Made by a program: the position numbers and the translations under genes. Positions 40,494-50,020 of a stretch of DNA of 64,000 bases are shown here, piece by piece. Numbering within the stretch: the first letter of the stretch is position 1; each line of letters starts with the position of its first letter. The notes under the pieces were generated by a model. That model was not told where the DNA came from. It did not search any database and saw only the letters and a program-made list of their open reading frames with translations. The DNA is from Desulfurococcales archaeon (GTDB lineage Archaea > Thermoproteota > Thermoprotei_A > Sulfolobales > Desulfurococcaceae), in contig JALVYU010000031.1 of the NCBI GenBank assembly GCA_027022365.1, forward strand, positions 352,001 to 416,000, read 5' to 3'.

Positions 40494-42347
40494 TTATAGA
40501 TCGAGTATGCATTGTTTCCTTAACAAATGTACTATTCTTTCTACTTGTTTTTCTTCTCTATCCCAGTCTATTCCTTTGTCCACATGTTTTTTCTTTGTAA
40601 TTAAATACTTAGTCTCTCTGAAGTCTTTGATAATATTATCTATTATTTGATCTATTGTGGTTGGCTCATACTTAGCCCTATTGAAGACCATAGCGTATAC
40701 TCCCCTGGTCCTAGATCTTCCAAGTTTTCCGGGGGCTTCTCCTATGAACCAATAAATGTTTACTGGTTTGAGCTTCGTGTATATTATTGTCGCGTTTATG
40801 ATTCGTGGTAATATCTTGGCGTATTTTGTGCTGGAAATACTTATGAGCAATACATAGTAGCTGGGTGTATGTTTCCACCTTGAAAGTACTTTAACGAATT
40901 GCTCATAGAACTCAATATATGCCTCTGGATCAGATAGGTTGTAGGTTTCTTGGCTCCTTGTATCTCCTGACGGCTCATCAACTAGATCTAAGAAGTAATT
41001 GTATAGGAGGGACATATCAATGTATGACTGATACCCTGGATAAGGGGGATCAGTTACTATCGCGTATACTTCTCCGTCATAAATGTATTTCGTGCTGTCT
41101 TGCCTTAGAACCATGTAGTCACCGCTAAAATCTATTTCCTTACCAAAGCATATTTTCTGGATAATTGCGAGTTTCGATGCCAGTGTTCCCCTTCCTATAC
41201 TGTATATTTTTCCATTCCTTAATCTATGTGCAAAGGGGTTCAGCTCTACGGGGTTTTCGGGTAACCAGTAGCTCTTTATTATTAGTCCTGGATTAACCTT
41301 TGCGTATGGTTGGTAATATATCGCTAAAAGAGAACATGTTCTAGCAGTATCTCCCACTATTAAACCAGCTATATCCCTACAGTTTGGTGGTGTTTTCTCT
41401 ATGAATTTTATTAAGGAGATATATTGTCTCCAAGTGAATAGTTTTGAGTACTCATATATGCCTTTATTAATTAATCTCTTTGTCTCCTTCAGCAGAGGTA
41501 TTTTCTGATCATACTTTGAAGCTAGTTCAACATATTTATTCTTAATGCTTTCTTCTTGCATAGCAAGATGCCTTCTAATAATCTCCGATGTCTTGTCACT
41601 ATCGTCTAGTAGGCTATAGAATTTTCTCTCACCACTAGTTGTTAGTATTTCAACAGCATATGCTCTATAGTTATCATGTACTTTGGGGAGTTTATCTGCT
41701 GGTAGATTTATCTTTGGCTCTCTCGGTTTTATTTCACCGTATTTCTTGATCTCTTCTTTATCGATCCATTCAAGCCTACCATTTTCCCTCAGTACAAGAT
41801 ATTTATCTATCCCGTTATTTCTCCTCTTAGATGAGACCCATAATGGTGCGCGGCAAGGTGGACAACGAGAAAGGAATACATGTATTATCTCTCCAATCCC
41901 TGGTATTCTCCAAAGATACCTCGTCTCTCTATATGCCTCCACATATCCTTTTAGGAGACAGGAGTATATGTCGAGGCAACTCGTCTTCCTAGCTAATTTT
42001 AGGGTTGACTTAACTATTAGTTCCGCTGCTCGGTCGATGTCTATGCCTACTATGTTATAGCCTAGTCTTAGTGCTTCGAATACTATTGTCCCTCCACCCA
42101 TGAAGGGGTCCAGGATCCTCTTGCCCCTCGTTGAACCCCAGCATCGATAGGGGTCCTTGAGACATGCCATCATCTCGGAAACTCTTCTCGTCGATAACGA
42201 CGCCAGTAATGCTCTGCTGAGAAGAAAGAATCTTCTACCCCACCACTTAAACACATTGTATGGATTACTACGTCTACCTTTCTCTGCTAGGATAGACCTA
42301 TATGATATTTCGGCAACTATGCTTGGAGGAAGATTCTCTATCAGCAT
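40494..42347 (-). CDS. DUF1156-like amino (m6A/m4C) DNA methyltransferase
   Basis: N-terminal KWWGRR, motif I ILDPFMGGG...EALRLG...GIDID, CPPC, ELNP and motif IV VTDPPY. Confidence 0.88.
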   Translation of the reverse strand: MLIENLPPSIVAEISYRSILAEKGRRSNPYNVFKWWGRRFFLLSRALLASLSTRRVSEMMACLKDPYRCWGSTRGKRILDPFMGGGTIVFEALRLGYNIVGIDIDRAAELIVKSTLKLARKTSCLDIYSCLLKGYVEAYRETRYLWRIPGIGEIIHVFLSRCPPCRAPLWVSSKRRNNGIDKYLVLRENGRLEWIDKEEIKKYGEIKPREPKINLPADKLPKVHDNYRAYAVEILTTSGERKFYSLLDDSDKTSEIIRRHLAMQEESIKNKYVELASKYDQKIPLLKETKRLINKGIYEYSKLFTWRQYISLIKFIEKTPPNCRDIAGLIVGDTARTCSLLAIYYQPYAKVNPGLIIKSYWLPENPVELNPFAHRLRNGKIYSIGRGTLASKLAIIQKICFGKEIDFSGDYMVLRQDSTKYIYDGEVYAIVTDPPYPGYQSYIDMSLLYNYFLDLVDEPSGDTRSQETYNLSDPEAYIEFYEQFVKVLSRWKHTPSYYVLLISISSTKYAKILPRIINATIIYTKLKPVNIYWFIGEAPGKLGRSRTRGVYAMVFNRAKYEPTTIDQIIDNIIKDFRETKYLITKKKHVDKGIDWDREEKQVERIVHLLRKQCILDL

Positions 42348-42474
42348 TAATTATCCCTTTTCCAATCATAAGCCCCGGCTCAAAACCTAATATATGGTAG
42401 TATATTATGTAAGATAATATAAGATAATAATTGTCAACAACTAGTCATGAAAAATACTAAGTCGGTGCATTATT

Positions 42475-43902
42475 ATGCCGCATTTCGTGTTAAAACTGAA
42501 AAACTATGGTCCTTTCTCAAGCCTCGATCTCGTTGTAAAGCCTTTGACAATAATAATTGGAAGAAATAGCCTTGGAAAATCTATGTTATTATATCTTCTA
42601 TGAGGTCTTGGAAACATCTATCACGGAGAAATCGATCTAAGGAAAATATACGGGGAGGAGGCTTACATAGAGAAAATCAATAGGATCAGCAGGTATATTA
42701 TTGATGGGGGCCTTAGCGAGAAAGGCGTCCAGGATCTATTAATGGAGTTCATGTTTGAAGCTGTTAAGTCTTTCGATAGACTTGTTACAATGAATTTTGG
42801 CGAGGTTCTCGCTAAAACCTATTGTGTTAATTCGCTTGACGATCTCGTGAAGAGGGGATAGAGGGAGGCGACAATAAGTCTTAGAGGTCCTTATGGCGAG
42901 TTAGAAATCACTATTAGGAACGGGAAGGCTGAAGCATCATGGATAGATGTTGCCATTGAAGAAGCATTGGCGGATATCGCGGATAACATGGTTGAATATG
43001 ATAAAGACAAGAAGACCCTAAAGATAAACATTGGAGATAATAAGCCGTTAGCCATGAGTATGCAGAACTATGAAGATGTTAGATTATTCGTGGCTGAAAA
43101 AGTGGTTCCAGCAGTGATTGAGCATATAATAGGCTTCTCTCATTTCCACGAGGATAAAGTTATACTCGTAGATGGTAGAGCAGGTATTATGAGGGCTCTG
43201 AACAGGCTTTACAGCATCCTTACAGAGCAGCAGCTTGCCTTTCTCAGCATGGTAGATAGAGAGTTTTTGAGGAAAACTAGAAGCTTGTTCGAAGACTATT
43301 TCGTCGGAGAATACGATGTAGAGACGGACCTGCTTAAAGACATTTACAGGGAATTTGGTATATTAGACATTGTTCCTAGATACGAGGCAGGTATTAGAAA
43401 AATCTACGTGAAGCTATGGACAGGCATCTATCAGTCTCTCGAAGAATCCCCAGCAGGAATTAGAGAAATACTGCCTCTGGTCATTAGTTTAATCAGCACT
43501 AGGCTGAAAAACATCTATGTCGAAGAGCCTGAGGCCCATCTTCATCCAGGAGCGATATGGGCTTTATCCAAGATCATAGGATACGCTGTCTCTCAGAGGA
43601 AGACAAACATATATATGACAACGCATAGTGACTACCTCGTCTACTGTATAAACATACTTATACAAGTACACCGAGTAATTGGGAGGAAACATCTTCAAGA
43701 AGAACTGAGCAAGATAAACATAGATCCGAGAGTAGGCATAGACCCCGACACTGTTTCAGCATATCTTCTGCGCCGTGAAAACGATAATGTTGTCGCCGAT
43801 AACCTTGTAATAGGCGAGGAAGGTATTGATGAAAAACACTTCTCAGACATCATAACAGAGCTTGCAGTGAGGAGAGAATACATTGACACGATTGCAAGGT
43901 AG
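42475..43902 (+). pseudogene. AAA/ABC-type ATPase (AAA_15/AAA_21-like) pseudogene
   Basis: ATG 42475 gives LKNYGPF...IIGRNSLGKS (Walker A). In-frame stops TGA 42601 and TAG 42859; the same frame continues to SPAG, VEEPEAHLHP and MTTHSDY. Confidence 0.85.
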
Positions 43903-44320
43903 GAAGACCAAGTCATCAAAGCCGATAATAATAGACCTAGACAAAGTAATTGACAAGAAAAAACTCGGTGAAAACAAAAAGTATGCCGATAAAATATTCG
44001 TCTACAATGAACAGATCTTTGTCATAGAGGAAGCGAAGAAACCCAAACTAAAAGACGTAGACCAAGTAATCGAGACAATCAAATCCCTCAAATCTAGGCA
44101 CCCCGCCTACGAGCAGGTGATCAATATCATAGAGAAACACTGCAGTCATATAGAAGATCATATACACGGAATAGTTCACGGACTCAAAAGCGTCGACTCT
44201 ATGGTAGCGAAATATGCCTCGGAGAATAAGGAGACGATAGTCCCAGTAAACTGCAATGAAAAACTATGGTGCACAATCAACCAACTCACAAAGAACAAGA
44301 ATTATCAAAACAGTCCTTAA
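43883..44320 (+). CDS. Putative PD-(D/E)xK nuclease-like partner of the AAA ATPase
   Basis: ADKIFVYNEQIFVIEEAK...DQVIETI pattern; overlaps the ATPase stop. Confidence 0.5.
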   Translation: MTRLQGRKTKSSKPIIIDLDKVIDKKKLGENKKYADKIFVYNEQIFVIEEAKKPKLKDVDQVIETIKSLKSRHPAYEQVINIIEKHCSHIEDHIHGIVHGLKSVDSMVAKYASENKETIVPVNCNEKLWCTINQLTKNKNYQNSP

Positions 44321-44528
44321 CTCTATTTTGTTATTACAGTAATTATGAGAAACGCCGTTCTATGGTCTAGAGCCCATATCCAACACCTACTACGATACAC
44401 CATCACTCTACATCGGGTTATTTGTATTATTTCAAGTACATAGTCTATGCTGAAGGCATTATAAGATCCTATGGGTGGAAAGATTAATTGTTCTTAAATG
44501 ATTCATAGATATTTAAATGGTGATGAAA

Positions 44529-44752
44529 TTGTCTAGAGTCATAAGGGTAAGATATGAAGGGGGGTCCTTAAGCCTCTTAAGCCTTTAGGATTAATGGAGG
44601 GGGAGGAACTTATCGTAGAGGTAAAAGAGATGCTTGGTAAAAAGAGAGGGGTAAGGAGGTTCTTTGGAATAATAAAGACCAAGGACTCTAAACCGGGAAG
44701 AGAGGAAGACTATTATGGACATCTCTCGGAAAGATGTCATATTTCTAGATAG
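44529..44752 (+). pseudogene. vapB: AF2212/DUF104-type antitoxin pseudogene
   Basis: MSRVIRVRYEGG, then a frameshift in a G6 tract (44559-44564), continuing VLKPLKPLGLMEGEELIV. Confidence 0.75.
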
Positions 44753-45177
44753 TATTTTCGTTATTCTTGGAGGTTCTATCGCTAGGGACATTATAGAGGG
44801 TTCTTCGAGGTTTGCAATTAATTCGGTAGTCTTTAGTAAGATATCGTTTAATCTCTTGAAACTACTATATGAAGAAAAATTCGGAGAATACCGCTTCTAT
44901 AATATGAAATCAAGCCTATTGGCGCGAGATTACGATGTTTTTAAAAGGTTATGAAATAGCTTGGTCTTTCCTGGATGAACTATATAGTAAGGACAGATTG
45001 GTGTTTATCTCCATAACCATGCAAGTAGTAAGCGACGCTGCTGAAATAGCTACAAAATATAGACTACTGCCCAATAACGCACTAATAGCAGCAACATGTA
45101 GGCACTACGATATAAACAGCATAGTAACTTTCGACGAAGACTTCAAAAAAGTACCATGGCTCAAAGTGATTCCCTAG
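44715..45177 (+). pseudogene. vapC: PIN-domain (VapC) toxin pseudogene
   Basis: IFLDS N-half and LLPNNALIAATC...TFDEDF C-half lie in different frames (shift near 44940). Confidence 0.8.
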
Positions 45178-45304
45178 TTCCATGAGAATATTATCGATCA
45201 GGATTATCAACGGTGAAGTAAAAGGACTATAATTCCCTACTCAGATTCAAAAACTATGACTCCCCTATAGAATAAACAAGACCAATGCAGGGAATTTATG
45301 AATA

Positions 45305-45354
45305 GCGAGCCTACAGGGATTTGAAACCAGATCCACTATTTCCAGAGGCTGATG
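45305..45354 (-). other. Degenerate tRNA 3'-half relic (tRNA-Arg-like), possible integration scar
   Basis: GCGAGCCTACAGGGATTTGAAACCAGATCCACTATTTCCAGAGGCTG resembles the reverse complement of an archaeal tRNA acceptor stem, T-arm and anticodon arm, with broken pairing. Confidence 0.45.
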
Positions 45355-45500
45355 GATAAATACTTAGTTTTATTGCATAGAGTAAAGCGGGATCTGCAAC
45401 AATGCCAGGAAAATGATTTAGTAAATTTGTGGCTGCAAACTTATTCCATCACAACATGCTTTAATCCTTCGCAACTATAAATATAGTCGGGTGTAACTGC

Positions 45501-45698
45501 GTGTCTAAAGTTATTAGGGTTAAGTACGAGAATGGTATATTGAAGCCTTTAGAGCCAGTAGATCTAGAGGAAGGAGAAGTAGTCTTGGTTACCATTAAGC
45601 GTGATATAAGGAGAGTGCTCAAGAAATATCGAGGGATTCTAGGAAGAACATCAATTAGAGAACTCCTAGAAATCGAGGAAGAGGCTCATATTCAATGA
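45501..45698 (+). CDS. vapB: AF2212/DUF104-type antitoxin
   Basis: MSKVIRVKYENGILKPLEPVDLEEGEVV; intact and overlapping the toxin start. Confidence 0.88.
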   Translation: MSKVIRVKYENGILKPLEPVDLEEGEVVLVTIKRDIRRVLKKYRGILGRTSIRELLEIEEEAHIQ

Positions 45699-46157
45699 GG
45701 CTAGCTTACATTGATACTAGCTTCATACTTAGCATCCTCCTGGAAACCGAGAAGAGCGGTCTGGCCGAGCAAATCTTAGAAGCACACAGCGACCTACAAT
45801 TCATGATTTCAGGAATTGCAGTTAATGAAACCCTCTATGTCGCAACTTATGAGTACTACAAGCAGAAAGGAATGATTAGGGGGAGATACGGTTTAAGAAA
45901 GTTAATTGCGAAGCAAGGGTATCCTAAATAAGGTAATAGATACAGTAGTCTCCTTCCTAAAAGATCTAAACGTCGAAATGGTAAGTGACTATTTCGACTA
46001 TAACGAATATTTCCAAATAATACAAGATTTTAAACTCCTTCCTAATGATGCCTAGATAGCATTAACTTGTCGGCACTATGGCATCAACATCATCTTAACT
46101 TTCGATGAGGACTTCAAGAGGGTTTCATGACTTAAGATTATCCCACAGAGGGGATAG
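45695..46157 (+). pseudogene. vapC: PIN-domain (VapC) toxin pseudogene
   Basis: AYIDTSFI...NE, frameshift near 45930, then LLPNDA*IALTCRHYG...TFDEDFKRVS*LK with stops at 46053 and 46128. Confidence 0.85.
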
Positions 46158-46760
46158 ACTAAATCAATATTATCACAAACATATAGAGAGTCCATGGTGT
46201 TTTACAATTTTAATTCTTGTTTATAATTACAAACTGAATACCTCATCCTAGAATGACGGGTTTTCATTATCAATTAGCCTGGTATTTTTTAGCTTCCGAT
46301 TTCCCTACATTCTTAATAGCATGCCCTAATAACTTTATAATACCCGCTCCTCGGCATCCAGTCCCTATTTTATAAATATCATTGCAAACAAGCCGTGGCA
46401 TGTATAGTCTCCATGTGGAATCTACGCCGAGAAAATAACGGTAATAAATGGCGGGCAGGCTGGAAAACTCGGTGATCTATGATTAGAAGGTGTTAATGGT
46501 ATAGTTGCTTTTGAAGAGAGGTGGGGAGAATACTTAAGTAGCGGGCCTACTGGGGGTTACGGCTCAAGGATCATTTGCCGATGGCGGGAAAACAAAAGCC
46601 ATGAGTATCTTGTCAATAAAGCCTTGGAGTTTGGAGTTGTTCTAGGAGTGGCTTATAGTTGATGGGGCGGGACATGGGTATTGTCCTGAGAGCTGTAAAG
46701 TCCTTGTGGCTGTAGGTTTGGGTTATGGATATGGGTTGTCTTCCGGTCCTGGATCGAGGA

Positions 46761-47684
46761 CTATGTCTTCTTGCTAAGCTCATAGAGTGCTGCGGCTAAG
46801 TATGATATGAGGCCTGCGTAGCTAGTGGTCTTGCTAATTAGTTCTTTGCGGCAACCGGCGAGCCTAAGGCCTCTTCTTACTGCTAGGTCTTCGGGGAGGA
46901 ATATGTCTAGGTTGCCTGTGTAGGCCATGTAGGCTAGCTTGGCTGTCCAGGGCCCAACGCCTCTTAGCCCGATTAGCTCATCGATAGCCCTCCTAGGCGG
47001 TAGTCCCCCTATTTTTTCGAGATCGTATCCCTGCCTGACAATGGCTTCGGCTATCCCGATCACGTACTCGGCCTTCCTCCTACTGAGCCCTATGTTTCTG
47101 AGTTTTTCGGCGCCTGCGTCAAGCACTTTCAATGGTGTTGGGAAACCGTAGAGTGTCCTGTTCTTGCTGATGCTTATTTTTTCGCCGAGACGCTCGACAA
47201 GCTTGGATGTTATCCGTAGGGCCAAGTATATGGGTAACTGTTGGTTCACGATGGCCTTTACCAGCGACTCCCACATACTCGGGTTTAGGGCTGGCCTCAG
47301 GCCAGGGTACTCCTCGATCATCCTTCCTAGGCCGGGGCATATCTCTATAATCGTGGATGTATCGGGGTATACATATTCTGTGTTCAAGACATGCTTGACT
47401 ATTTTTACAGCGGTTTCGGGCGGACCACAGATTACGTGTATTTTTATTAGCGGCTCCCACCCCTCGCTAAGAATCGTTGCCTCATACGCTACCTCTTCCT
47501 CAACACCCCACGTAACTAGTCGTGCGCAGGATCTCGACTCCTCATCATAGATGCACGGCGTCGGCCTGTTCTTCAGCGTGAATTGCTTCAGGTGCGGCGT
47601 TATTGTGTAGGGTGCCCGCGGCTTAATCACTATCACTGGCTCCTCGTCATGGACATCTCTAGTAGTCACTATGTCTCGCCTCAC
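46761..47684 (-). CDS. alkA: DNA-3-methyladenine glycosylase II (AlkA, HhH-GPD family)
   Basis: WESLVKAIVNQQ, FPTP, GLSRRKAEY, LRGVGPWTA and PEDLAVRR. Confidence 0.9.
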   Translation of the reverse strand: MRRDIVTTRDVHDEEPVIVIKPRAPYTITPHLKQFTLKNRPTPCIYDEESRSCARLVTWGVEEEVAYEATILSEGWEPLIKIHVICGPPETAVKIVKHVLNTEYVYPDTSTIIEICPGLGRMIEEYPGLRPALNPSMWESLVKAIVNQQLPIYLALRITSKLVERLGEKISISKNRTLYGFPTPLKVLDAGAEKLRNIGLSRRKAEYVIGIAEAIVRQGYDLEKIGGLPPRRAIDELIGLRGVGPWTAKLAYMAYTGNLDIFLPEDLAVRRGLRLAGCRKELISKTTSYAGLISYLAAALYELSKKT

Positions 47685-48111
47685 AGAACACTATGTGGTT
47701 GACGAGTAATTATCTTAAGGCCGTTATGGAGCTGGGAGAACCTAGTATCCAGGACGGTTGAAGCCAAAGTATTGTTCCCCTGTAAATCCCGACCTAGCAA
47801 TTACGGTTCCCCCATAAGCCTCGGCTTTCACTGGTTACCACGGCTTAGAAGCATACTTCACGGCCAATTATCGTTCCAGCTGTCGGCTTGGATGAACGGG
47901 AAAAATACATAGTCTCGAGAATAACTAAATTGCATGCTTAGCTTTCGTACACATCCCGGAAATAGATACTGAATATACCGAATCTTTCAGAGCTATATGT
48001 TCTACCATGCATAGCGTGTTCGCCTTGAGGAGGGGAATACTGGGCTGAGGGTTCTCCCAAGAATTATTAATTGGAAAAACTGTCTGGGTCTATGTGCCTG
48101 GCTTGCGTACA

Positions 48112-48867
48112 CTACTTCCTGAGCTTTACGGGCTGTTTCTTCTTTAGCCCGCTGTAGAGTAGGCTGAACGATAACGCGAAGAACAGGATGGAGGAGGCCA
48201 GTGTGATGATGCTGAGCAGTGATAGTTTGTGGTATGTCTTGACCGCTATTCCTATCAATGCTATTGTCGCAGCCATTATTATCAGGCTAGTAATGATGTT
48301 TTCGCGAGGGGTTCTGAGAACCACCTTGTTGCCGCGGGGATCAACGGGTCTGCCGCAGTGGGGGCACTTGAAATACTCTATCCTAGAACCACATATGGGG
48401 CATGTATCAAGCCCTACCGGGAGAGAATGGTTGTTCCCACACTTGACTACATGAAGGGAGAGGTCGCCACCGCACCACGGACATGTTAAACGATTATTGA
48501 AGCGACGATAAACATTTAATAGGATTGTTCTCACAATGCTGGGCTTACCCCTTACTAGTAAGAACAGATTCGGTTTAAGCCTGGCAGCCCCTGTATAGTT
48601 GCTGGGTGTTTCTGTACTAATTATAACATATTCTTCGCCACTAGTAGCAGAATATCCGTGATAACTATTGATCATATCGGTTGCCAGGGCGGCTAACTCC
48701 TCAGCTTTTTCCTGATCAATGTTCTTGCCCCAGTACAGCGGGTATCCATCGAGAACAACGACGTATTCGTCCACACCGTCTATACTGGAGATATAATCGT
48801 TAATAGCTTTTAGGGGATCAGTGCTGTTAGTGGCTAAACGACTCATCACGTTCACCCATTTATCCAC
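48112..48867 (-). CDS. Roadblock-like domain + double zinc ribbon + two C-terminal TM helices
   Basis: IDGVDEYVVVLDGYPL...AEELAALATDM N-domain; CPWCG, CGNNH, CPICG and CPHCG; two hydrophobic helices. Confidence 0.7.
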   Translation of the reverse strand: MDKWVNVMSRLATNSTDPLKAINDYISSIDGVDEYVVVLDGYPLYWGKNIDQEKAEELAALATDMINSYHGYSATSGEEYVIISTETPSNYTGAARLKPNLFLLVRGKPSIVRTILLNVYRRFNNRLTCPWCGGDLSLHVVKCGNNHSLPVGLDTCPICGSRIEYFKCPHCGRPVDPRGNKVVLRTPRENIITSLIIMAATIALIGIAVKTYHKLSLLSIITLASSILFFALSFSLLYSGLKKKQPVKLRK

Positions 48868-48957
48868 CGATCAGCTACTATGATCTACGATTATTGAGAC
48901 TAGTTAAGCTAGTTCTACTTAGGAGAAAAAAGTAAAATAAAAATATTATAGGTTTTT

Positions 48958-49479
48958 TCACCTGACAATAACCTTTATAATTAGCGGCTCTTCCGGCGAT
49001 TTCATAGGCTCTACCTGTATCCGTACATTAGCCTTTGCGTTTTTCTTCCTGAGCACCTTCCTGATGACATAGGCGGCTATGAAGGACTCAGGTGATAGTG
49101 TGAACTTTATACCTTTCCTCTGTAGTAGGAGTGCTACCGGCTTAAATACGCTGTCATACACCTTTATAGTATAGACACTACCGGATGATGCCTTGTCCCC
49201 TGACACTTCCACCTCAACTTTTTCACTTACCCCTGTCAGCTTGAAGATTTTAGGTATATCCTTCTCTAGATCCTCTACATCGCCGAGCTCCACTCCGAGA
49301 TCCTTCAGCATCTCATCCGCTATTTTCGTGACTTCCCGAAGTATCAGCTGCGTGAGCGCTGCTGAGCCGGAGCCTAGTACCTTCGAGAGCGCTAATTGAT
49401 ACATTGCTATAATGGCGTTTATAGTACCGGTTGGGATCTCCTTCTTATCCGACAAATCAAATCTTCCCTCGCTCGCCAT
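48958..49479 (-). CDS. V4R/Bet3-like fold protein lacking cysteines
   Basis: Helical N-half, then VEV...YTIKVYDSVF...LSPES...LIIKV, which follows V4R topology with no Cys. Confidence 0.5.
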   Translation of the reverse strand: MASEGRFDLSDKKEIPTGTINAIIAMYQLALSKVLGSGSAALTQLILREVTKIADEMLKDLGVELGDVEDLEKDIPKIFKLTGVSEKVEVEVSGDKASSGSVYTIKVYDSVFKPVALLLQRKGIKFTLSPESFIAAYVIRKVLRKKNAKANVRIQVEPMKSPEEPLIIKVIVR

Positions 49480-49504
49480 GATTATCGACCTAACGCCCCT
49501 CTTA

Positions 49505-49867
49505 TTAGAGGGCCGCCTTTATCCTGGGAAGCTGTTTCTTAAGTTCATATCTAAGTCTCCCGAGCACTGCACCACGCTCAGCAATTAGTGCTACAATGTT
49601 TTCCCCTATGTCCGACACGAGAGCTATGGAGCCAGTGAATTCAAGGGTAGCTATTTCCGGCTTACCAAGTTCCAGCTCCTTGCCCAACGTCTCGATCGAA
49701 CCCATTGCCGCGGTCAGCATCGCCGCCAAAGCTTCTTCATCGAATGATCCACTCGCCATGATACTCTCGATCATGAATCCCTCCTTGCTTATTACAAATA
49801 CACCCTGTACATGGGGTATACGGGATAGATCAGTTAATACTCGTTTGAGCGGTGTAACTCCAGCCAT
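49505..49867 (-). CDS. Roadblock/LC7 (MglB-like) protein
   Basis: VQGVFVISKEGFMIES, DEEALAAM, ELELG and LGRLRYELKK. Confidence 0.92.
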   Translation of the reverse strand: MAGVTPLKRVLTDLSRIPHVQGVFVISKEGFMIESIMASGSFDEEALAAMLTAAMGSIETLGKELELGKPEIATLEFTGSIALVSDIGENIVALIAERGAVLGRLRYELKKQLPRIKAAL

Positions 49868-50020
49868 TTACTTCACCTGTTAGAGAAACTAACTTTGGTA
49901 GTCTCTTAATGCGGTGGTCGCTTATTAAGATTTTCGTTTTAATAATCAGCTGTGATTCAAATGGATTTTTATATAATAGATTATAACATATAAATAACTC
50001 TGTAAATTAAATAAGATTAA

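Noticed and set aside
42601-42603. In-frame TGA/TAG codons as selenocysteine, pyrrolysine or alternative-code readthrough
   Set aside because: TGA and TAG end normal genes throughout the window, the positions fit Trp or Gln, and neighbouring pseudogenes also carry frameshifts.
47700-48100. Non-coding gap between alkA and the Roadblock cluster as an RNA gene or MITE
   Set aside because: No terminal inverted repeats, target-site duplication or recognisable RNA structure.
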